In this document: positions 54,928-64,000 of the stretch, piece by piece
Numbering within the stretch: the stretch's first letter is position 1
Layout: every line of letters begins with the position of its first letter
DNA from: Epiperipatus broadwayi
Taxonomy: Eukaryota; Animalia; Onychophora
Reading direction: 5' to 3'
Assembly (NCBI GenBank): GCA_028023455.1
Contig: JAQFVV010000003.1
Span: forward strand, 24,614,001 to 24,678,000
DNA: 64,000 nucleotides
The notes under the pieces: generated by a model
Databases searched by the model: none
Seen by the model: only the letters and a program-made list of their open reading frames with translations
What the model was told of the DNA's origin: nothing
Position numbers and translations under genes: made by a program

Positions 54928-54971
54928 ACACAACCAAAGGTTTCGCTGCTACAAGCAGACTTCTCAAGTGT
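54928..54971 (-). ncRNA. Candidate minimal type I hammerhead ribozyme (U3-A8 core variant)
   Basis: The minus strand reads ACAC-UUGAGAA-G-UCUGCU-UGU-AGCAG-C-GAAA-CC-UUU-GG-UU-GUGU. Helices I, II and III all form; the cleavage triplet is GUU. Confidence 0.65.
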
Positions 54972-55575
54972 AAAGAACTACAAAAACTACAATATTAGAC
55001 ATTATTTAAAAATCTATTTACTTCCCATCCATCCTTAATATTAAAAGAACTCTTAAATAAGTTAATTGCTTCAGAATAATAAATTTTCAATAATAAAGAT
55101 TCTTTAATTCTTCTTTTGATTTCATTTCTCTTGAAGAAGACAACCTTAGCTTCTTCAAAATTAATAGTGTGGCCTGTATCTTTTTCATGGACATACAAAG
55201 CAGAACTAAGATATTTATTTCGAACCCTACTTTTATGAACCTTTATTTTTTCATTTAAACTCAAACTACTCTGACCTATGTAAACCTTCTTACAAAAACA
55301 AGGGATAAAATACATTACACCAGGAATAGTCTTCCTATCAAAAATTTCCTTTGTATTATTTAATAAATTATTCAAAGTAATACCCCTTTTCCAAGCAATT
55401 CTTTTACTTCCAAATGAATTGCTATTCTTATATACAATTTTATATGAAGACAATTTAAATGGCAAAAAAATAAAATCATATTTTTCTTTATCTTTTACAT
55501 CCTTACAGATATTACTATTAAATAAAATACTTATAACAAATTTATCAGAGTAGCCAACACTCAAATACTCTTTAA
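54928..55575 (-). mobile_element. Penelope/Poseidon-like element 3' remnant with an open C-terminal GIY-YIG ORF (54995-55564)
   Basis: GVMYFIPCFCKKVYIGQS, SALYVHEKDTGH and RRIKESL are typical of the PLE C-terminal endonuclease. The RT portion is absent (5'-truncated). Confidence 0.9.
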
Positions 55576-56095
55576 TCTAACGGAGAGAAAAAAAAAACAC
55601 CCAAGAAAATGAATTTCTTTGGAAACAAAAATTTCAGTTTTAGATTGCTTAGCGAAATGGGATCAATAGCGATTGGAAAACGTTTTAGTTGTATTTCCTC
55701 TTGACTTCGTTTAGGAGAAGCTACAGTACCTCACATCACATCATGACGAATTTGATGTCTCAAATAGCGATAATAATTAAAATACCGCACATGTATGAAA
55801 AAAATGTAAATTACGCATAAAAATATATTGTTTTGAATAAAATTAAATACTGTAGTTAATAAAAAAAGTAAAAAAAGTTTGTCTTGTATCAATTTTTTTC
55901 AAATTTGAAATTTTTTATTAGTCATATTTTATTTTATTATTTTTTTTTATGCGAATTTTAAAGTAATTTTACGTTGTTGCTTTGCTTTTATACGATTTTT
56001 GGAAAATTACAGTATGTATCCCCCATTTTTCAAGGTAAGTTAAGTCTATTTTTGTGCGCATTTTCTGAGGAACCCATCTACCGCATAAAACGAGA
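55576..56095 (+). mobile_element. Same pogo/Tigger-like family, copy 2 (right half only)
   Basis: Near-identical to about 1086-1622 (ggagagaaaaaaacacccaagaaaatgaat...ccgcataaaacgaga). The last approximately 8 bp of the TIR are missing. Confidence 0.85.
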
Positions 56096-57707
56096 TATAT
56101 ATATATAATAAAAGTGTTTTAACATATAAATGTATTTGTATATAATATGTACACACTTCTATAATACATTTTAATTTTAAAATCACATTAAGATAGTAAC
56201 AAAATAAATGCTTAAAAAAATAGAATATTGTATGGTAGTGCATAAATTGTAACATTTATATATATATGCTCACAAATATGTGTAAATTTATTGATAATAC
56301 AAGTATTTAAAAAACTATGTATACAAATATTGAGATGTAAATAAAAAGAATTAACAGAAAATAAAATTCTCTAATAGACAAATAGTACAGTATTTAAAAC
56401 ACAAATTAAAAAGAAAACATCTAGAATAATACACATTGATATCAGTTTTAGTTTTAAAATATATATAATACTTTATTATGAAAACCAAATAAAATTGTTA
56501 ATTTTTTTTTTTTACTTTCTTGTGATAAAAATTGCTGTTGCTAAAATGCAAAAAATATATAATCTAAGTAATATTAAATTATTTTCATCAGCTTTCTTTT
56601 CCAGACAACAGCATCCATTTATAGAGTATGATATTTTGTGATTTTGCAACGTATAGTTTTTTTTTTTAAAAAAAAAAAAAAAAATAGGATTAAACTTTAT
56701 TGGTACAAAATACTTTACAAGGTAAGCATTGATTTACATAGTATAATATGGAGATCTCGGATGATATACTGTATTTTTTGTCCATGACGGTTCCAAAAAT
56801 TGATCAACCTATGGCAGTTCAGAGATGATTAATTATTAAAAGTAAACCTAGGATACAATTAGGAATTATTTGTAAAGTCTAGAGTTTAAATATGAATAGC
56901 ATTTTAGGAGTACAATATTGAAAAATCCAAGTTGCAGCAGATAAGTTGAGGAATAGAAAAACACTTGAGATAATATAAAATACGGGCTAAGCCAATCTAC
57001 TGTTTAGTTCTCCAGAATGGCCTCGAATGTCATTAGAGATTGCATTCATTATACTCTGGAAGACTTATAGAGAACTAGGAAAAAAACTAAGCTTTGAAAT
57101 GTCTCTGCTGAAAACCATTCTAATCCATCACGAAGAGCCACATGAACAGCAAAGGACCAACCTTATCAATAATCACATTGGAAATAATAGTAATAAATAA
57201 GGCGAATCACTTGTAATTAAACCATTAGGCTAAACTGCAGCTTACTTTGTAATAACACATGGATAAAATCAATTATAAGAATAACGCTAAAAAACTGCTA
57301 AAAAAAAAATAACATTTTTTCACCTTTCCTATGAATGAGAAAATCAACGTCGGAAATGATCCCCATAGCGCACTCATCCCACCTCCCATATTCAACAGAA
57401 CTAGGATTCAGTCTCCCAGGGCCTCTCCCGATCAGACTCTCTCATCCACTCAGCAAAATTAAGTAAAATGAAGAATTTTCATTTAAGTACAAAATCACTG
57501 TAATAATCATTTGAAATTTCAACGGCTGCCATATAATTTGCACAGCATTTTTATAAATGTTGAAATTGTTCTTACTTGTGATAATGTGTTGGCATAACTT
57601 GTATATGAAAAGAGAGCTAAGAAACTCCTCTTTTAAATAGGAATAGTTTTAGAAATAAATAATTCCCTAAACTAAAAAAAAAGGAACTAAAACGAGGAAC
57701 CAATAAC

Positions 57708-58810
57708 GTGATGTGATGTATTGTGGCTTCTCCTTAAACGAAGTCAAGAATATCTCTGCAATTATGGCCAGATAAACCTGTTAGCCACTTTATTTTTCAT
57801 TCCCCTTTCTAAATTTTTCCATATTCTGCTCCATCCCATTTCCACAACATAATCTTTGTCAACTCTATAACCTTTGTATCTAAATCCCCTTTATCTTTTC
57901 CCAAACCCAGTGTAAAAACCAATAATTCACTTTCTGTATAATCACTTTTTTCATATTTATTCTTCCATAACTTCATTATATGTACCCTTTCTGTTTCCAA
58001 GCATTTACATTCAATTAACAAATGCCTAATATTTTCTATTCCTTCCCTACATAATTTACAAAATAAATCACCCATTTTTTTCCATTTTGATGTAGTTAAA
58101 GATCCTGTTCAAGCCTTAAATAATAAACTACTTTTCTTACTATTGGCATATATTAACTCATACCTAATATTCTGTTTATTTCTATATATATTTAAACTCT
58201 TTTTACTCTCCATACTATTTTTCCATCTCTCTAACTTCCTATTCTTTATTAATAAAAATTCTTTTATCCCATTCCTCCTACTACAACACTCAACAATCCT
58301 CTTAACACAATCATCCCATCTTTTGTACAAATATACTGATATAAATTCTTTATCCAAATCTTTTGCATACCGCATTACCTTTCTCACCCATCTTGTTACG
58401 TGCCCTTTATTCATAACCCAATTAAATACTATTTTGCCTATTCTTTTATTATCCATAAATTGCAATCTACCAAACATTTTCATTTTACTTTTTGCATCTC
58501 TCATATGAAAACTTGACCATCCAATTTCTCCTTGAATTGCCTTCCTTGCTGCCCATATATCTGCATCCAATGCATGTCTTCCTACTTCCCTTTGAACTTT
58601 TTCTAAGTAATTTAATACCTCTTTACTAACATATAATGCATCATTACCATATTTTAACCCTGCTACTGCAACTCCTTTCCATATAATTCTAACTACATAT
58701 TTATTATATGAAAACACTGTTTTAATGTCTTTATCAATCCCTTTCTTTTCTTTGCTTCATTTATCAATTTTTTCTCCCATTCTTCCAAATAATTTTTCTG
58801 ATTATTTAAA
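57708..58810 (-). mobile_element. 5'-truncated non-LTR retrotransposon (LINE) with C-terminal CCHC finger and (CATCA)n tail
   Basis: ORFs 58109-58717 (WKGVAVAGLKYG, GEIGWSSF) and 57809-58075 (CKLCREGIENIRHLLIEC). The 3' UTR ends ...aaggagaagccacaatacatcacatcac. The clade was not assigned. Confidence 0.85.
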
Positions 58811-61123
58811 ATAATTCACAAATAACTATATCTATTCACCACACTTAACATGTGGACTGCAATATGAATTAAAAAAAACTAAAATTTCATTTTTTCGTTA
58901 TGTTTTGATGAATGAATCTGTTATTATTGAAACAGTCAGCCTCACTATAATTACTGTTTTTTAGGTATAATAGCATCTCATCTGAACAAATGTTCTTTTA
59001 ATTAATGGTGCTGTTATTATATTACTTGTATGTATGTGTATGTTATGTTAGGCGATTACACTAAGGACTTTTTATGAAGAACTACAATTTATAGTATCTA
59101 GAAATTTTCAAACTATATAAAATTATTATATTGTTTTGTATATATAATATTTTTGTGTTAAATAAACTAAATGATATCTATGTATAGGGCTTTTGAAAAA
59201 AATAAAACTCGCTTTAATTTTTTTAATTTAGTTAAGTAATATACATATTTTTAGTTTTTTTTTTTTATTAATTTACAGTATTTAATATGTTTTACTTTAT
59301 AATTAAATTTTTTGATCTAATAATAACAAGTAGAATTTGATAAATAGTGACAAACAGATGCATAGTTAACAAAGCACATTATAAGTTCTACCATGCATGG
59401 ATTTAATTTGAGTGAGGGGATCTATGATCTAATACTGGAGTAGCACATAAATAATTCGTGATTCTAAATTTTGCAGATAACTTCGCTCGGGGTTTTATGC
59501 GACATCGGGCAGAAACAATACCAGCAAATGATTTCTTTTACTCGTACATTTTAGATAAGGTGGTACACTGATGAGTCCTTCAGCACATTCTTCATAACTT
59601 TGTACAAGGTTTTCTTTCTTTCACGATTGATCTCATAAGTACAACTCTCAGGTTTCTCTTTCACTTTTTCTCTTTGTTTCTCAATGTCCTATATGATGCG
59701 TTTTTCCTTTAATATTTTTGATCTTTTTTTTTCTGCACATCACCTGTTGACAACTATTAGTTCAACTCAATTTTTGTAGAATTTTGTCTTTAAATTCATA
59801 CTTTTCTCCTCTTGGAATCACCATCTTTAATTATGATCAACTGCCACGCTTTGTGTGATTAATGGCTTTTTGCGATAAGAAGTTATTTTCTTATCTTTTT
59901 TTTTTATTTATTTAATATACACAAAAATAGTTTTCTCCCTTTTTCTCTCTCAAGTTATTTTTTTAAGACAAGCACAAAAAAAAATGTATATAACCAAATC
60001 AAATTAAATATTTAAAACATGGAATATTCTAATTAAGTACTTTATGAATTTGATTTCTAAAAACTGCTAATTTAATTTGTATTAGAATAAATACAGTACA
60101 ATATATTATAAAAACATTTAACATATATTTTGTAGGATGTTCATATATTATAGCAATAAAAATTTATATATATATTGTAGCATTCTGGTTTGAATTTAAA
60201 TTTGGTGACATTATCTACATAAAAATTTTGTTAGCATATTTCTGTTATTTTAATTCTATGATTATCTAAATTAGTTTAAAAGTAATTAAAATGATTTATC
60301 TTGCTATTAAATGGTAATTTTGATAACTTTTCATAATGTAAAATGGCTGTACATATTTTTAATAAGCAATGTTGTATCAAAAATTTTTATTTTTTATCGC
60401 AGCAAAATTTTAAGCTTCATATTTTTTTTTTATTCCTAGGACAATATAATAAAGAAAATAGCATATATTATGTTAGGGATATATTAATAAAAGTATATAA
60501 ATAGTTTTATACAATAAAGTATTTATTGATATGTTTATTTGTTGCATTTTATTTATTGCATTCATTTCAAAAATAAGCTTTAAATAGGATCTTAAATTAT
60601 TGTTAAAGTATGTGTATGCATGTATATGTGTTTTATATGTTATGGGATAATTCAAAAACATTAAATATTATTTACTCCATATATTACTTGAAATATTTAA
60701 TTTATTCAAAATGAATATTTAAAATATTGATTACGGCATGAAATAGATAAGTAAGAGGGATTGTCTGTTTTATTTAAATTTAATTTTGAACTTATTTTGT
60801 TTTGATTTGTAGAATTATATTTTATTATTTTTAAAATATACTGTAATATTTATTTTTATAAAAGTTAAAAATAAATAAATTTAAATCATGAACATTAGTG
60901 TATTAGGAAAATAACTTTTATAGAGTGTACAAATGGGTTTGACTCTTAATAGGAAAAAACCTGAAATGAGTGGAAATAGTTTACAATATGAAATGCTATA
61001 GAAAGAATATCTAGGATAATGACATAAGTATGACTTCATCGGGAGAAAACTATTTAAGTCCCTGATTTTAGGTTATGTTCTTTTTTGTCTTAATAGTAAA
61101 CTGCACACAAATTTGTGCATATA

Positions 61124-62328
61124 CATCTGGGTCTCTTTTTATGCGATAGATAGGTTCCACAGAAAACCTGCATTAAAAAAATTGCACAAAAATAGACTTA
61201 TCTTCAAAAATGTGGGATACATACCGTAATTTTCAAAAATTGCATAAAACCAAAGCAACATGGTAAAATTACTTTAAAATTTGCATAAAAAAAAATAAAT
61301 AAGGAAATAAATTATGACTAATGAAAAATTTCAAATATTTGAAAAAAATTGATACAAGACAAACTTTTTTTACTTTTTTTTTATTAACTATTTAATTTTA
61401 TTCAAAACAAATTACATGTAATTTATTTTACATTTTTTCATACATATTTTAATCATTATCGCTGTTTGATAATATGCGGTTCGTTCGTGAACTAGTAAGA
61501 AATTAGATTTGTCAGAAGAGAAAATACAATTAGCACCAACTTCAGTCTCATGCTGTGTTAATGATTTACTATCACAATGTAATCGGTAATTAAACTTTGA
61601 GACGATGATTTTACTAATTGTTTATGAAGCTTGTGATATCCAGACTGCTATGTCTAGCTGTTAGAGAATGCACTTCCACGAGTGCAACTATATATATATA
61701 ACATGCTTCCACAAGTGTGTTAATAATGACTAATGGTTAAATTTTCTTTTATACACATATATACATGGAGAAACTTTTAGACAGAAAAAAGTTATAAGTA
61801 AAAATATTTAAAAACTTTTAAAGATACATTCTTTTTAAGTAGAAATTAAAAGTTCTTAAATATTTTTACTTGTAACTTTTTTCTGTCTAAAAGTTTCTCC
61901 ATGTATATAGGTGTATAAAAGAAATATAAACATACACATGCATAACACAGACATACAACTATTTAGCTCTCATTTGAATTTAGTTCATAATTCATGTCAT
62001 TAACAAGAAAATGATTTTCCAATTGATTAGAAAGTTGAAGACTTGCTCAAATCATTTTTGCTGTGAAACGAACAGGTTCCACTTCTGTTTCATTACCTTT
62101 TTCTAAATCTTCTAAGGTATCTAAATTTATTGCCAAACCTTTTTTCAACAGGCATTTAAAGTATGTAAAATTTAATGCATGTATATAAAATGGGGAAATG
62201 CCGATTTTAAGTGAAATATGAACTTCTTTATTGCATAAAAGAAAACCACATAAAAAGATATTAAGAAGAAACATGAATCGCATAACTTCAAAATCGTATT
62301 AAAAAAATCCGCACAAAAAGAGACAGTA
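61124..62328 (-). mobile_element. Same pogo/Tigger-like family, copy 3 (older, inverted, near full length)
   Basis: 61124 onward is the reverse complement of the copy-1 right end, with TA at 61122-61123. About 62150-62324 is the reverse complement of copy-1 positions 331-423 plus 601-670. Confidence 0.75.
61743..61924. repeat. Near-perfect hairpin nested in pogo-like copy 3
   Basis: tttcttttatacac.tatatacatggagaaacttttagacagaaaaaagtta.aagtaaaaatattt and its reverse complement. Confidence 0.9.
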
Positions 62329-64000
62329 TTATGGGCTAAACCCATAGACTGTCTGCTCAAAAGACTTCATCTTTTGAGAATCTAACTATAATAACATTGG
62401 ATAAACATTATCTCATTGTAACAAATAGTTGTATCAGAGTTAAGTGGTGCAATATACTTTATAAGGATGTTATAAAGAAATTAACAATTACTACTATATA
62501 AATGAAGCAGTGTTAAACACTGTAAAATGTTAATTATGAAATATTTCATTAAAAATAAAAACATAATTTTAATGCATGACTAATAAGTTGGAACAAATAT
62601 GAAATATATACACAGCAGAACACATCATGGAATTTTTAATGAAATATATAGATTTTGAATTGCATTTTTGTGTGTGTGTGTGTTTATATAAAATGTATAA
62701 GTGGATCATAAAATTTTCGATGTACATAATAAACACTGTGTTTTCTGATGGAGCTACAATTTGATGGGCATGCCTTGTGAATAAAATGAAAAGTCTACCA
62801 GGTAATTTTTTTTATAAATTCTTTATGTTTTGAGAATTCATGTGTTTATTTAGTATATAAGAAAAATATATTACCAAAATAAAAGGGTCAAGTAAACAAA
62901 ATAAAAACAATATATTAATGATAATTTTAGTTTGTTTAAATAAAAGTATGTTTATTTATTTCTTCATTCATATTTAAAAAAAAAAAAAGTTTTCATGTAT
63001 AAATATTTATGGATGATGTTAATGAAAGGTTGTATATTTAATAAACATTTATAACATATTTATATGACATGTAAATTAATAAGTTTATATTTATTTTGAT
63101 AATAAAAATATTAAACAAATTAAACATGCAAATTAAGTTTTGCATAATATATCTTTATGTATTTATTTATCAAAGTTTGTGCTAATATATAACCTATTTT
63201 TTTGGTTTTTTCTAAGCGTATTGTTTACAACTTCAGAAAATAATATAAGTATAATAGATAAATAATAATCAATTTAAGTATAAACTATTTGACAAGGAAT
63301 ATTTTATTTGCTTCTTAATTTTTTATTATTTTTATTATTATTGTTTGTTTATATTAATAAATTTTTATTTTTGTTAATTAAACTGGTTTATCGTGATCAT
63401 TAGTAATTAAATTATTACATTTATTTATTGTTTATTCACATCTTTATATACAGTGTAACTGGTAATTAATTCTGTAAAGGAAGTTTAAATATTTATTACC
63501 TATTTAAAAACATGGTTTAAGTTCAAATAAAATTCCTTCATAATTTAAATTATATTTTAATAATCTAAAAGATTTAGTTGTTTATATTTCATTTCACATT
63601 AATTTAAATATTGAGAGTTTATTTTTAATATTCATGTGTTATTATATTTGCTAACCTTAACATTAAATAAGCATATTTAATGTTGAATGTGTTATGTAAT
63701 TTTAAGGAATATTGATTTTCATTTACATGCTCCCTTTTTGGCATTGTTCCTTCACCAAAATACATCAATATAACATTACCAGGCTGTTACATTTTCTTTC
63801 ATATATTAACAATCAAACAATACACAGATGATGGTTTTAAATTAAATTATTTTATTTGCCATTACATTTTCTTTCATATATTAACAATCAGACTATGAGG
63901 CTTTCGCGACACAACTCTCAAATGGTTTGTGAGCTCATCCCTGCTCCAGTAGTAGATCACCCATAACCCTTTCACAAGGTCTATTTTGCATCCGTCGAAT

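Noticed and set aside
56690-57200. Possible CR1/L2-like LINE relic (an FFPSS-like peptide on the minus strand)
   Set aside because: Too degraded to support without an HMM search.
58143-58508. Hydrophobic plus-strand ORF of 121 aa, and similar Phe/Ile/Leu-rich short ORFs across the track
   Set aside because: These are antisense shadows of TE ORFs or products of AT-rich and palindromic DNA, not genes.
59565-59600. CTGATGAGTCC, the start of a classic hammerhead core
   Set aside because: No GGAC-GAAA follows. The surrounding minus strand looks more like a faint Gypsy integrase relic, which is itself too degraded to call.
62730-62796. snoRNA-like or exon-like segment ending in cag|gtaatt
   Set aside because: There are no proper C/D or H/ACA boxes, no MCM2-like peptide, and no convincing acceptor.
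63895-64000. GC-richer segment at the window edge after a 28-bp direct repeat (63788-63815 and about 63862-63890)
   Set aside because: It is truncated by the window and cannot be classified.

Overview
Very AT-rich eukaryotic (animal) genomic DNA, not prokaryotic: there are no operons, CRISPR arrays, rRNA or tRNA genes. An arthropod, possibly a chelicerate, is only an inference from the protein and TE types. The backbone is one plus-strand host gene, the replicative helicase subunit MCM2. Eleven GT-AG exons (8300-50584, about 563 codons) splice in frame. The 5' and 3' exons were not found and probably lie outside the window. The introns are filled with transposable-element relics: an intact-ended Buster/SPIN-type hAT element (91-4094, 8-bp TSD) with nested insertions, three more decayed hAT transposases, a pogo/Tigger-like TA-flanked non-autonomous family (3 copies), a decayed Gypsy LTR retrotransposon with a tRNA-Ser-type PBS, RTE and other LINE fragments, two Penelope-like GIY-YIG remnants, and about ten foldback (long hairpin) elements. 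The most interesting observations are two candidate minimal hammerhead ribozymes with the compensatory U3-A8 core, each just downstream of a Penelope endonuclease stop codon; a candidate first exon of an antisense nested gene with a signal-peptide-like N-terminus; a LINE 3' tail captured inside a DNA-transposon family; and asymmetric hairpin elements with 8-bp direct repeats. All alignments and folds were done by eye. I found no clearly new multi-gene system.
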